Source: Candidatus Firestoneibacteriota bacterium (GTDB lineage: Bacteria; Oederibacteriota; D2-FULL-39-29; JBDRBU01). From it: a DNA stretch of 42,688 bases. Numbering within the stretch: the stretch's first letter is position 1; each line of letters starts with the position of its first letter. Location: the NCBI GenBank assembly GCA_043822305.1, contig JBDRBU010000085.1:1-42688 (forward strand), written 5' to 3'. This document shows, one piece after another, positions 27,917 to 38,195 of this stretch. The notes beneath the pieces are model-generated. The model searched no databases, had not been told where the DNA came from, and saw nothing but the letters and a program-made list of their open reading frames with translations. The translations under genes were made by a program, and so were the position numbers.

Positions 27917-29344
27917 ATGACTAATAAAAAAAAGAAAGTTGTTTTACTCTCACCCATATATAACATTAAGGAAAGAGGCGGAAAATTAGCCGTGGCTGGA
28001 GCAATGCTTCCGACAATGTCACTATTATATTTAGCCTCATATGTTAGAAAATATGGGCATGAAGTATTAATATGTGACGGGAGTTCAAATAATCAAACGT
28101 TATTGGAAATAATTGAAAAAGTAAAAATATTTAATCCAGACTTAATTGGAATTACAAGTACAACATCTTCGATATCCAGAGCGGCTTTTTTGGCTAAATC
28201 CCTTAAAGAGGTTCTTGCTGATATTCCCATATTAATCGGGGGCCCGCATGCTACTGCCATACCTGAAGAAACATTAAAGCGATATTATTTTTTTGACGCA
28301 GCTGTAGTTGGCGAAGGGGAGAATACTTTGTTGGATGTTTTAAATGCACTTCCGGATAATGAGTGGCGTAAAGTTTCCGGGCTTGTATACTATAAGAATA
28401 ATGAAATCTCTTGTAATTCTTCCAGGATGCTTATCGATAATCTTGATAATCTTTCTTTCCCGGCATGGGATCTAATTTCAGGTTTTCCTGGGTCTTTTAG
28501 GCCTGCTGCGTTTAGATATCGGTCTTTTCCATCTGCGCATATTTTAACAGCTAGAGGATGTCCTCATCGTTGTATTTTTTGTGATACTTCAGTTTTTAGT
28601 AGAAAAATCAGGTTTCATAGTGCAGAGTATATTAATGAGGTGATTGAATACCTTTATAATCATTATGGTGTGAGAGAGATTAGTTTTGAAGATGACACTT
28701 TTACAATCAAAAATGAAAGAGTTTTCAAAATATGCGAAAATATGAAGAGAAAAAAGATGAAGATTACATGGACATGCAATGGTAGAATAGATAATATAAA
28801 TCAACCCTTATTAAAAGTAATGAAAGAATCTGGTTGTTGGCAGATCTCTTATGGGGTAGAAAGTGGATGCCAGGAGATTTTGGATTTTTCACGAAAAGGA
28901 ATAAATTTAGAACAAATTAAAAAAACATTATTTATTACTAATAAGGCTGGCATAAGAACGAAAGGATATTTTATTTTTGGTTTTCCTAATGAAACAGAAG
29001 AAACAATGAATAAAACTATAAAATTCGCAAAATCATTACCATTAAATGATATTAGTGTAATGTTAATGACTCCTTTCCCTGGCTCAGAAATGTTTAGAAT
29101 AGCCAAAAATTATGGTACATTAAATGATAATTGGGACGAGATGAATTTATTACAACCAGTTTTCATTCCTAAAAATTTAACTGCTCAAGAGTTGATTGAA
29201 ATGCAAAACAAATTTTTAAAAGATTTTTATTTCAGGGCTAAGATAATTTTTTCTTATTTAGTGCAGTCTTTGTTGTATCCAAGAGCCGGTCTTAGCTACA
29301 TAAAAGCAGGATTAGTGTTGTTAAGCAATCAAAATAAGAAGTAA
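27917..29344 (+). CDS. B12-binding radical SAM protein
   Basis: LLYLASY, GGPHAT, GEGE, ARGCPHRCIFC, EDDTF, GVESG. Confidence 0.92.
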   Translation: MTNKKKKVVLLSPIYNIKERGGKLAVAGAMLPTMSLLYLASYVRKYGHEVLICDGSSNNQTLLEIIEKVKIFNPDLIGITSTTSSISRAAFLAKSLKEVLADIPILIGGPHATAIPEETLKRYYFFDAAVVGEGENTLLDVLNALPDNEWRKVSGLVYYKNNEISCNSSRMLIDNLDNLSFPAWDLISGFPGSFRPAAFRYRSFPSAHILTARGCPHRCIFCDTSVFSRKIRFHSAEYINEVIEYLYNHYGVREISFEDDTFTIKNERVFKICENMKRKKMKITWTCNGRIDNINQPLLKVMKESGCWQISYGVESGCQEILDFSRKGINLEQIKKTLFITNKAGIRTKGYFIFGFPNETEETMNKTIKFAKSLPLNDISVMLMTPFPGSEMFRIAKNYGTLNDNWDEMNLLQPVFIPKNLTAQELIEMQNKFLKDFYFRAKIIFSYLVQSLLYPRAGLSYIKAGLVLLSNQNKK

Positions 29345-29375
29345 ATCATTAATAAAGAAAACAGGATGGTTTTGG

Positions 29376-30110
29376 ATGAAAATAAATACAATTTTTACGA
29401 AAAAAAGGAAGCCAAAAATATTGGCGATTATTCCTGCTTTCAAAGAAGAAAAGAATATTGCAGTTGTAATATCAAAATTGATAAAAACAGGATATGATGT
29501 TATTGTTGTTGACGATGGTTCGCCGGACAAAACTAAAGAAATAGCATTAAAAGAAGGAGCAATAGTTATAAAACATTGTATTAACATGGGATATGGTGTT
29601 TCGCTTCAAACAGGTTATATATATGCCAACGAAAAAGGGTATGATTATGTAATCCAGTTAGATGCTGATGGACAGCATGATCCTAAGGATACAACTTCTA
29701 TCCTTGCTCCGATATTAAATAATGAAGCAGATCTGGTTATTGGCAGTCGTTTTTTAGGCAACAGTTATAAAGTTCCATTTACAAGGAAAATGGGAATAAA
29801 ATTTTTCGATTTCATTATGTTTTTGTGTACAGGTAATAAGTTTACCGATTGTACTTCTGGTTATCAAGCAATGAATTCCAAGGTTGTAAAGCTATTTTGT
29901 ACGGAATCATTCCCGCCAGATTTTCCTGATGCCGATGTATTAATATTATTATATCGTCTTGGCTTTCATATGAAAGAAGTCCCAACATCCATGAAATCAA
30001 GTGTAGAGGGAAAATCAATGCACAGTGGAGTATTAAAACCATTATGGTATATTGTTAAATTGTTATTATCAATTATGATCGTTATTTTAAGAAAGAGGAG
30101 GCAGTTATGA
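29376..30110 (+). CDS. GT2, polyprenol-phosphate sugar synthase (DPM1-like)
   Basis: IIPAFKEE, VVDDGSPD, QLDADGQHDP, VIGSRF, TDCTSGY. Confidence 0.88.
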   Translation: MKINTIFTKKRKPKILAIIPAFKEEKNIAVVISKLIKTGYDVIVVDDGSPDKTKEIALKEGAIVIKHCINMGYGVSLQTGYIYANEKGYDYVIQLDADGQHDPKDTTSILAPILNNEADLVIGSRFLGNSYKVPFTRKMGIKFFDFIMFLCTGNKFTDCTSGYQAMNSKVVKLFCTESFPPDFPDADVLILLYRLGFHMKEVPTSMKSSVEGKSMHSGVLKPLWYIVKLLLSIMIVILRKRRQL

Positions 30111-30463
30111 GTATTAAATTCTTAATTTTTAGTTTTATCGGATTAAGTTTTTTTATTTTTATTATAGAACTTTTAAGAAGTCATAAAATGCGAGAAAAGT
30201 ATTCTATAGTTTGGTTAATAATAGGGATACTTGTATTTATAATGCCTTTATCTTATAATTTATGGTCAAGGTTTGCTAGATTTATTGGGCTTGCTGATCC
30301 TAATGCTTTAATGTTCATTTTAGGATTTTTAGGATTAGGCCTTTTGGCTTTACAGTTTAGTTTAGCATTAAGTTCAAGTTCTTCAGTGATAAAAGAAATT
30401 GTCCAACATATTGCCTTACTTGAGCATAAAATAGAAGAATTAGAGAAAAAAATAGATAAGTAA
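30107..30463 (+). CDS. DUF2304-like small membrane protein
   Basis: Three TM segments, REKYSIVW, C-terminal IKEIVQHIALL; typical partner of DPM1-like GT2. Confidence 0.8.
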   Translation: MSIKFLIFSFIGLSFFIFIIELLRSHKMREKYSIVWLIIGILVFIMPLSYNLWSRFARFIGLADPNALMFILGFLGLGLLALQFSLALSSSSSVIKEIVQHIALLEHKIEELEKKIDK

Positions 30464-30477
30464 AAAAAGTCGGATAA

Positions 30478-31869
30478 ATGAATCAATCTAGTAAATATTT
30501 GAAAATATTTAAGGAAAAATACTTATTTATTACAGTTATACTTATTGTTAGTCTGATTAAAGGATTAATATGGATAAGCATAATTCCGATATTTCAGACA
30601 CCGGATGAACCTGGGCATTTTTGTTATGTGCAAAAGATTGCTGAGAAAAATAAATTATTTTTAAATAAAACAGATAACTATCTGACGCAAGAAATTATAC
30701 TTGGATTTATGTATAGCGATGCTTTAAAAATGTCTAAGTCAAGAATAAATGAGTATAAGTTTATTGATGGAGAAGTTGGTAAATACGAAGATAAATTTAA
30801 TGAAATAAATACTGAGGCAAGGAATAAAACATCAATATTTAAAGAGCAATATGTCCCTGTAATATATCCTCCTTTATACTATATATACTCGTCTATACCT
30901 TATTATATGTTTTATTCAAATAGTCTTATTGTAAGAATCTTTGCTGTCCGCATATTTTCATTATTGCTCGGATTGCTGACTATTTTTGTAATTTATAAAA
31001 TTGCAGAATTAGTATTTGTAGGTAATAAATATATTGCTGGTTTGTTGGCTATATTAATAAGCTTTCAACCTATGTTTACATTTATCTCGTCAGCAGTTAA
31101 TAGTGATAGTTTGCATATATTGTTTTTTACAATATTTCTTTATTATTATATTAAAATTAATATCCTTAAATACACTGCAAGAGATATCATATTTTTAATA
31201 TTAGTAATAGGCCTCGGTGTTTTTACTAAACAACATTTCATATTAAGTTTGATGATATTGTTAATTTCAGCAGTATTTTTCATTAAAGTCAAAGCAAAAA
31301 AGAAGATTATTGTTATAGCAAGTGTTCTTTTACTGTTTATTTTAACTTTTATATTTATAACGCGTAATTATCCATATCATATATTTGAAAAACCTATAAA
31401 AGACTTTTGGAAATATTTATTTACTCAATTATTTCCTTTCTTGTACTCTCGTTTTCCAAGTACGTTTTTTGGTAATTTTGGATGGACAAATGTTCCCGTG
31501 CCTGATTTTTATTTAAAAATATTGATATGTTTATTTCTCTTTTTTTTATTTCTTTATATTATAGACATTGGAAAATCTATATTTAACAAAAAATCATTTT
31601 TAACCTTGAGAACTCATATTGTTTTATTAGTACCAATTATTATTTATTCAGCAAGTTTAATTTATCTTGATTTTAATATTAATGTTGGTCTTCAGGGACG
31701 GTATTTCTTTCCTGTGATATCATTAATTTATATCTGTTTAGTTAGTGGTTTTTTAAGTATTGTCCCGAAAAAGGTTCGTTTAAATATAATTTTTATTACA
31801 GCAATTATAGCCGTAAGTTTTAATATTATATGTTTAATCACAGTTATTATCCCGAGGTATTACCAATGA
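30478..31869 (+). CDS. GT-C membrane glycosyltransferase (DUF2142-like)
   Basis: PIFQTPDEPGH, YPPLYY, VNSD, QGRYFFP. Confidence 0.75.
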   Translation: MNQSSKYLKIFKEKYLFITVILIVSLIKGLIWISIIPIFQTPDEPGHFCYVQKIAEKNKLFLNKTDNYLTQEIILGFMYSDALKMSKSRINEYKFIDGEVGKYEDKFNEINTEARNKTSIFKEQYVPVIYPPLYYIYSSIPYYMFYSNSLIVRIFAVRIFSLLLGLLTIFVIYKIAELVFVGNKYIAGLLAILISFQPMFTFISSAVNSDSLHILFFTIFLYYYIKINILKYTARDIIFLILVIGLGVFTKQHFILSLMILLISAVFFIKVKAKKKIIVIASVLLLFILTFIFITRNYPYHIFEKPIKDFWKYLFTQLFPFLYSRFPSTFFGNFGWTNVPVPDFYLKILICLFLFFLFLYIIDIGKSIFNKKSFLTLRTHIVLLVPIIIYSASLIYLDFNINVGLQGRYFFPVISLIYICLVSGFLSIVPKKVRLNIIFITAIIAVSFNIICLITVIIPRYYQ

Positions 31870-32606
31870 TAAAAATATTGATTAAAAGTATTCTGATTTC
31901 ACTTTTATTGTATATATCTTTAATATCTTTACTTAAAGTAAAAATATCCAACATCGATATTCCTGAACCATATAATTATGTTGATCGTTTGCCAATTAAC
32001 AAAACAAACGTAAAATTAACCATTAAACAGACTTTTGTTGCAAATGAAAATAATTTTAGCAGGATTGACATTTCATTTGTTAATGATTGGAGAAAGAACG
32101 ATGATGAAATTTCTTTCAAATTACTTTTAGATGTGTTATTGTCTAATTTTAAAGGGAAAAACAAAATACCTGTATTGTTTAGTTTATATAATTATAAAGA
32201 AAATAAATTATTATATAAAGAGATATTTTATGATTTAACGACAAAACGTTTTAAAAGTAAGTCTTTTTATTTCAGACCAATAGCTGACTCAAAAAACAAA
32301 ATATATTGTTATGAAATATCATTCTTCAAGTCAAATGCTTTTGATAATATGAAATTGCTGATAGGAGATACTGTTGATGTTAATAATAAATTATATATTA
32401 ATGATAACTTGTTGAAAAAGAAAAGCATGGTTTTTTCAACATATACTTCGTCTGAATTGATAGGTTTTAATACATTATTAGATAGATTAAGCCAATACAA
32501 GCCATGGTTTTTTAAGAAAAAATACCTTTACATCTTGATTTTTTTGTATATATTAAGCAACATATATTTAATGTATTATCTCCGTATGTATTTTAGAAAA
32601 ATATAA
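31866..32606 (+). CDS. Membrane-anchored hypothetical protein
   Basis: N- and C-terminal TM segments; IKQTFVANENNFSRIDI soluble domain; ATGA overlap with the upstream stop. Confidence 0.7.
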   Translation: MIKILIKSILISLLLYISLISLLKVKISNIDIPEPYNYVDRLPINKTNVKLTIKQTFVANENNFSRIDISFVNDWRKNDDEISFKLLLDVLLSNFKGKNKIPVLFSLYNYKENKLLYKEIFYDLTTKRFKSKSFYFRPIADSKNKIYCYEISFFKSNAFDNMKLLIGDTVDVNNKLYINDNLLKKKSMVFSTYTSSELIGFNTLLDRLSQYKPWFFKKKYLYILIFLYILSNIYLMYYLRMYFRKI

Positions 32607-32628
32607 AAATATATTTTTTAGAGGTTTT

Positions 32629-34215
32629 ATGAATGTAAAGTTAATTAAAAACAAAAAAGTTCTTTTTATATTACTTGTATTAATAATATTATGTGGTGTG
32701 ATTTTACGATTTTTCATTATCAGGCACGATATTGCGGGCGACGAAGCAGTTTTTGGGCTTATGGCTAAGCATATAATGGAAGGCAGGGAGTATCCTCTTT
32801 ATATGTGGGAAGCACACTATAGCGGTACTTTAAGCGCATATATTATTGCAATATCTTTTAAGATATTTGGTGTTTCTTCTTTCTCGTATAAAATAGCGGG
32901 ATTGCTACTTTTCATTCCTTATATCATCTTTATTTATATGTTGGCGAAAAAGATTTTTGATAGTAATGTCGGTCTTCTTTCAACTCTTTTTGTTGCAGTA
33001 TCACCGGTTTTTGTCTCCATTTATTTAGCAACTATTTTAGGTGTTTATATTGAAGGTCTAATTTGTGGTACGATAATATTATTATTATGTTGTTATATAG
33101 TTTCTTCTGAAATTAATCTGAGTATTTTTATGTTGTTAGGGTTTGTTTCCGGATTGGGATTATGGCTTTCTCCGCATGTAGTGCCATTTTTTATTACAGC
33201 TCTGATAGTTATTGTTTTGAAATTCAAAAAAGATATATTCTCAAAATATACTATTTTACTTTTGATATTTTTTATTGTTGGTTATCTACCGGCTATTATT
33301 TACAATTTTTATCATCCCACATCCTCTTTTTATCATTTTGCCGGAAGAGTACTTGAATTGAACCGTTCTGTTTTGTTAGCCCCAGATTTTAATAGAATTG
33401 TGTTTTCAAAAATTATTTGGAGAATAAGTACTGTCCCTGGCTCTTTAATTAATATGTATACATTAATTTTGCCATTAATAGGATTACAAAAATACATCAC
33501 TAACAGTTTTATAATATGGAGTTTAATCATAATAATTTATTTAAGTTCATTCGTATATATAATATATTTAAGAAAAAAGTTGCTATCGTCAAAAGTGTTA
33601 CCTCTAGATGTGTTGTTTATTTTTGTTATAATATTTGTTTTATTTTACTGTTTTTTTGTTGGCGAGTTCCGTTCTCGATATTTACTGCCTTTAAGTATTG
33701 TTTTGCCTATTATTTTGTCCGTTTTGTTTTTAAATATCAAGAAAATATCAAACATGTTGTTTTATGTATTATTAGTATTCGTTTTGAGTGTGAATTTTGC
33801 CGGAGTATTAAATAATATTAAATTAAAAAGTATTTCATATGATAATTTAGTATCTTTTTTAGAAGAAAACAAATTATTATATGGTTATTCTGAATATTTT
33901 ACTTCCTATCCAATAGTGTTTAAAAGTTCTGAAAAAATCATTGTTTCTCCTTGTGCAGTTGATTCGATTAGTGAAAGATACCCTTTATATACTAATGCTG
34001 TCCACTCGGCCAGCGATATTTTTTATGTTTTCAATTTAAATACTCATCCACAGGTAATTGCATTGATTGAACAGAGGCTGAAGATTCTTAATATTAGTTA
34101 TAAAAGAAAATATATTTATCCTTTTATAGTGTATTATAAATTTTCTCGAATTATTTCTCCTAATGAATTAAAATTAGAACTTAAATCGCCATGTTCAGGC
34201 ATAATTACTGATTAA
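32629..34215 (+). CDS. GT-C membrane glycosyltransferase (ArnT/PMT-like)
   Basis: GDEAVFGLMAKHI after the first TM, many TM helices, RYLLP. Confidence 0.75.
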   Translation: MNVKLIKNKKVLFILLVLIILCGVILRFFIIRHDIAGDEAVFGLMAKHIMEGREYPLYMWEAHYSGTLSAYIIAISFKIFGVSSFSYKIAGLLLFIPYIIFIYMLAKKIFDSNVGLLSTLFVAVSPVFVSIYLATILGVYIEGLICGTIILLLCCYIVSSEINLSIFMLLGFVSGLGLWLSPHVVPFFITALIVIVLKFKKDIFSKYTILLLIFFIVGYLPAIIYNFYHPTSSFYHFAGRVLELNRSVLLAPDFNRIVFSKIIWRISTVPGSLINMYTLILPLIGLQKYITNSFIIWSLIIIIYLSSFVYIIYLRKKLLSSKVLPLDVLFIFVIIFVLFYCFFVGEFRSRYLLPLSIVLPIILSVLFLNIKKISNMLFYVLLVFVLSVNFAGVLNNIKLKSISYDNLVSFLEENKLLYGYSEYFTSYPIVFKSSEKIIVSPCAVDSISERYPLYTNAVHSASDIFYVFNLNTHPQVIALIEQRLKILNISYKRKYIYPFIVYYKFSRIISPNELKLELKSPCSGIITD

Positions 34216-34240
34216 AAATAAATAAATCAAGGAGGGGATT

Positions 34241-34660
34241 ATGAAAAAAATAATAGTATTGCTGCTTATTGTATTGCCTTTTTTGGTGGTGGCTCAGGAA
34301 AAGGCAGAAGATTGTTTTAAAAGGGGGGTAGAGTTTTCAAACAAGGGGAAGTATAGTGAAGCTATAGCCGAGATAAAAAAAGCTCTTGAACTGGCTCCGA
34401 GTTATGCTGAGTATCATTTTAACCTTGGCGTTGTCTTAGCCAATAAAAAGGAATATGACGAAGCAATAAAAGAGATAGAAATATCAATAAGTATAAATCC
34501 TGATAATGTAATGACACATTATGTTTTAGCTATGCTTTATGATAAAAGGAAAATGAAAGATAAGGCACTTGCTGAATGGAACAAAGTGTTAAGTTTAAAT
34601 CCCGATGAAGAACTAAAAAAATTGGCCGAAAAGCATATAAAAAGGCTAAAGGGAGAATAA
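34241..34660 (+). CDS. Exported TPR protein
   Basis: Signal peptide, three TPR-like units, GGAGG RBS. Confidence 0.85.
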   Translation: MKKIIVLLLIVLPFLVVAQEKAEDCFKRGVEFSNKGKYSEAIAEIKKALELAPSYAEYHFNLGVVLANKKEYDEAIKEIEISISINPDNVMTHYVLAMLYDKRKMKDKALAEWNKVLSLNPDEELKKLAEKHIKRLKGE

Positions 34661-34664
34661 ACCA

Positions 34665-35225
34665 ATGAAAAAAATAATATTATTAATATTAATAATCAGT
34701 ATATTGTCAGGATGCGGTTTATATAGTGTAGCAACTAAAAAAGATTATGACTTTTCAAAAATAAAAAGAGTTGCTGTTGTAGGTTTTTCAAGTAACAGAA
34801 CCTATAAGAACTCAGGAGAAGTTGTTTCTGATGAGTTTGTTTTACATCTTATGAAGGAAGGATACAGTGTAATTGAAAGAAGTAAGATTGATGCAATCTT
34901 AAGAGAACAGAATCTTGGAGAGTCAAATCGTCTTGAATCAAGTACAGTAAAGAAGATAGGAAAGATTTTAGGTGTAGATGCAGTTATTACTGGAACAGTA
35001 ATAAAATACCATGAAGACGAAAATACTTCTGTTTATACAACCGACAAAGATGGAAAAGTAACCTCACAGATAATTTTACAACAAGCAGAAGTGGAAGTAT
35101 CGGCCAGAATGTTTGATGTGGAGACAGGGGAGATAATATGGACAGCAAAGGATAGCGATCGGGGATTTGATATTTCTGATGCTGTAACTTATGTGGTAGC
35201 ATCGCTGATAAGATCGATAAAATGA
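34665..35225 (+). CDS. CsgG/HfaB-like lipoprotein
   Basis: Lipobox LSGC, VIERSKIDAILREQ, IGKILGVDAVITGTV, DVETGEIIW. Confidence 0.8.
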   Translation: MKKIILLILIISILSGCGLYSVATKKDYDFSKIKRVAVVGFSSNRTYKNSGEVVSDEFVLHLMKEGYSVIERSKIDAILREQNLGESNRLESSTVKKIGKILGVDAVITGTVIKYHEDENTSVYTTDKDGKVTSQIILQQAEVEVSARMFDVETGEIIWTAKDSDRGFDISDAVTYVVASLIRSIK

Positions 35226-35683
35226 TTATGAAAAATAATCATATCAAATTTATGCGAGTTGCCCTGAAAGAAGCCATCAAGGGGTATAAAAAAGACGAAG
35301 TTCCTGTAGGTGCCGTAATCGTTAAAGACGGGAAGATATTGTCAAAGGCTTATAGTCAAGTTAGAAAATTAAAGGACCCTACAGCACATGCTGAGATTTT
35401 GGCGATAAAAAAAGCCTGTAAAAATCTAAAAAATGAGAGATTGTTAGATATGACTGTGTATGTTACTTTAGAACCGTGTGCTATGTGTGCTGGTGCATTA
35501 GTCTTGGCCAGAATAAAAAGATTAGTTTATGGTGTTGATGAACCTAAGACAGGTGCTATTAAAAGTGTGTTTAAAATTGGGGATAATAAAAGGTTAAATC
35601 ATATGTTTGAAGTTAAAACAGGTATTTTATCATTAGAATGTAGTAGGTTGCTTAAACATTTTTTTAAGAATAAGAGAAGGTAA
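35222..35683 (+). CDS. tadA: tRNA adenosine(34) deaminase
   Basis: EVPVGAVIV, DPTAHAE, TLEPCAMCAGA, LNH, FFK. Confidence 0.92.
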   Translation: MIMKNNHIKFMRVALKEAIKGYKKDEVPVGAVIVKDGKILSKAYSQVRKLKDPTAHAEILAIKKACKNLKNERLLDMTVYVTLEPCAMCAGALVLARIKRLVYGVDEPKTGAIKSVFKIGDNKRLNHMFEVKTGILSLECSRLLKHFFKNKRR

Positions 35684-35693
35684 ATCCTTATTG

Positions 35694-38183
35694 ATGATTA
35701 AAAAATATTTTTCTGTATTAATATTTATAATAACTTTTTTTGTTTATTTATTAACCGCCAGCCCTACTGTATATGTAGGAGATAGCGGTGAACTAATATC
35801 TGCTGCATATGTTTCAGGGATTCCTCATCCACCTGGTTATCCATTGTTTTGTATGCTTGGTAAATTATTCACTTATTTTCCATTAGGAACAATCGCATTT
35901 AGAGTAAATTTAGTTGCTGCATTTTTTGGCAGTTTAACGATATTGATATTATTTTTATCATTATCTGCTTTTTTTACTTTCCATTATTCGCAGGCTAAAG
36001 CCTGCGACTACCAAACTTCGTCCCCAATAAACCCTGCACCATATTGGTACAGGGTAAATTGGTACGCTTTTTTTGCTTCTTTATTTTTTGCTTTTTCAAG
36101 GGCGTTTTGGTCACAATGTTTAATGGCTAAGGGTGCTTTATATATTATAAATGTATTTTTTTTAATACTTATAATATATTTTTTAGTATATTGGTCTTTT
36201 GATAGAAAAAAGAGATATTTATGTCTTGCTTCTTTTTTTTATGGACTATGTCTTACTAACCATCATATATCTTTAGGTTTTTTCCCTGCATTTATAATTT
36301 TTATTTTTTTAAAAGATAAGAGTGTTTTTAAAAATTATAAATTGCTTTTTAAAATGTTTTTTTTGTTTTTGCTGGGATTAAGTTTATATTTATATCTCCC
36401 TCTAATGGCGTCTTATTATCCACTGATTAATAATGGCAATCCTGTTAGTTTAAATGGAATGTTAGAACATATCCTAAGGAAACAGTATGGGAGTTTAAGT
36501 AAAAATCCACATTCTTTAGAATTGGCTTTTAATCAGGTAAAATATAGTTTACTTTTAATCATTGAGCAATTTCCGTTATGGATTATTTGTCTTCCGATTT
36601 TAGGTTTAATAGGAATTTTTAAAAAATTTAAAGAGTTATTTGTTTTAACTATTATTTTGTTTTTTACTATTATATTTGGAATCGTTTTTGGTATGAATTT
36701 TGATATCACACCTGTAGTCTTAGAAGTTAATAAATTGTTTTACATTCCCTTATATCTAATTATTGCAATCTGGTTGTTTTTTGGTGTATGTAAATTATGT
36801 GAACTTATAAAATTAAAATTTTTTAATTATGCATTGTTGGTATTTTTAATTCTTGGAGTAATTATATTAATTTGTAATAACTATAAATTTAATGACAAGA
36901 GTAAAAATTATTTAGCATATGAATATGGAGTAAATACTCTTAAAGTATGTAAAGAAAATGCAGTTATTTTTGCATCAGAGGATACACCACTTTATCAACT
37001 TGCTTATCTGCAATTTGTTGAAAAGGTTAGACCAGATGTTGCTGTTTGTGATGAAAATGGGACCGCCTTTAGAACTATATTAACGGAAGATGACATAGGT
37101 ATAGTTTATAAACAAACATTAAGAAAGAGAGTAAATGATTATCTAATTAGAGTGTTAAATGAAGGTAAATCTGTTTATCATACTATGGAAAGTAGTTTGA
37201 GTATTAATCCAAATATTCGCTCGACACCTTCTGGAATTCTTTATAAAGTTGTGAAAGCACAGGAAGTTAGTGAGACTTTTTGGAAAACATTTAAGATTCC
37301 AGAGAACCGGAGAGATTATGATATTTTCAATAGAGATATGATAGCCAGGTACCATTTATTTCTGGGTGAGTATTATTTTTCTTTAAATAAAAAAGAACAG
37401 GCAATAAAGGAATGTAATTTAGCAGGTGAAATAGGCTTTGATATGGACTGGTTGCACCACGAAATTGGAATAGTTTACAGCCGGAATGGATTAAAAGAAG
37501 AGTATTTAAAAGAAATGGAGATTTCTACAAAACTTTACAGGTTTTCTTTTGAACGAAGAAATAATCTGGGAAATGCATATCTTTCTTTTGGTAGAATTAA
37601 TGAGGCAATTAAAGAGTTTGAGATGGCTATAAAACTTTCTCCTGAAATTCCAGCACCACATCATAATCTTGCTAATGCATATTTATCAATAGGCAGAAGA
37701 AAAGATGCAAAAAAAGAATATTTATATGCAGCAGGATGTGGACAAATAGAAAGTTTTGGTTCATTAGCTCAACTTTATATCGAAGATAAAGAATTTGACA
37801 AGGCATTAAATATTTATACAGAATTATATAAAGTAAATCCGGAAAATTTTGATGCCTGTAATGGCATAGGTTTAGTTTATGAAAAGCAAGGAAAGATTAA
37901 CGAAGCGCTGCAAATTTACAAAAATATTGTTTCATTAAAACCAGATTATATTTTTGCTTATATAAACATGGGAAATATTTACCTGAATAATGGTAAGTTT
38001 GATGATGCAATTTTGGAATATAAAAAAGTATGGAAGTATAATCCTGATTTTCCTGAGGCATATTATAATATTGGTGTTGCGTACCATAGAAAAGGAAATT
38101 TAATTGAAGCAGGTAGTATGTGGAAGAAAACATTAGAACTTAATCCCAATCATACTGGTGCAAGAAATGCTATTAAAAAATAG
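35694..38183 (+). CDS. DUF2723/TMEM260-like membrane protein with C-terminal TPRs
   Basis: GDSGELI, GIPHPPGYPL, TNHH, YLYLPL, followed by TPRs. Confidence 0.88.
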   Translation: MIKKYFSVLIFIITFFVYLLTASPTVYVGDSGELISAAYVSGIPHPPGYPLFCMLGKLFTYFPLGTIAFRVNLVAAFFGSLTILILFLSLSAFFTFHYSQAKACDYQTSSPINPAPYWYRVNWYAFFASLFFAFSRAFWSQCLMAKGALYIINVFFLILIIYFLVYWSFDRKKRYLCLASFFYGLCLTNHHISLGFFPAFIIFIFLKDKSVFKNYKLLFKMFFLFLLGLSLYLYLPLMASYYPLINNGNPVSLNGMLEHILRKQYGSLSKNPHSLELAFNQVKYSLLLIIEQFPLWIICLPILGLIGIFKKFKELFVLTIILFFTIIFGIVFGMNFDITPVVLEVNKLFYIPLYLIIAIWLFFGVCKLCELIKLKFFNYALLVFLILGVIILICNNYKFNDKSKNYLAYEYGVNTLKVCKENAVIFASEDTPLYQLAYLQFVEKVRPDVAVCDENGTAFRTILTEDDIGIVYKQTLRKRVNDYLIRVLNEGKSVYHTMESSLSINPNIRSTPSGILYKVVKAQEVSETFWKTFKIPENRRDYDIFNRDMIARYHLFLGEYYFSLNKKEQAIKECNLAGEIGFDMDWLHHEIGIVYSRNGLKEEYLKEMEISTKLYRFSFERRNNLGNAYLSFGRINEAIKEFEMAIKLSPEIPAPHHNLANAYLSIGRRKDAKKEYLYAAGCGQIESFGSLAQLYIEDKEFDKALNIYTELYKVNPENFDACNGIGLVYEKQGKINEALQIYKNIVSLKPDYIFAYINMGNIYLNNGKFDDAILEYKKVWKYNPDFPEAYYNIGVAYHRKGNLIEAGSMWKKTLELNPNHTGARNAIKK
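35988..36068 (-). repeat. Two GTAG-type REPs, one with a nested 27-bp insert, inside a CDS
   Basis: TCGCAGGCTAAAGCCTGCGACTAC, then CGTCCCCAA-TAAA-CCCTGCACCATATTGGTACAGGG-TAAA-TTGGTACGCT. Confidence 0.75.
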
Positions 38184-38195
38184 ACCTGACCCCAT

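Noticed and set aside
35680..35696. GTAAATCCTTATTGATG, 15/17 identical to the left end at 2594
   Set aside because: It overlaps the tadA stop and next start, and has no partner end or target duplication. Chance cannot be excluded in AT-rich DNA.
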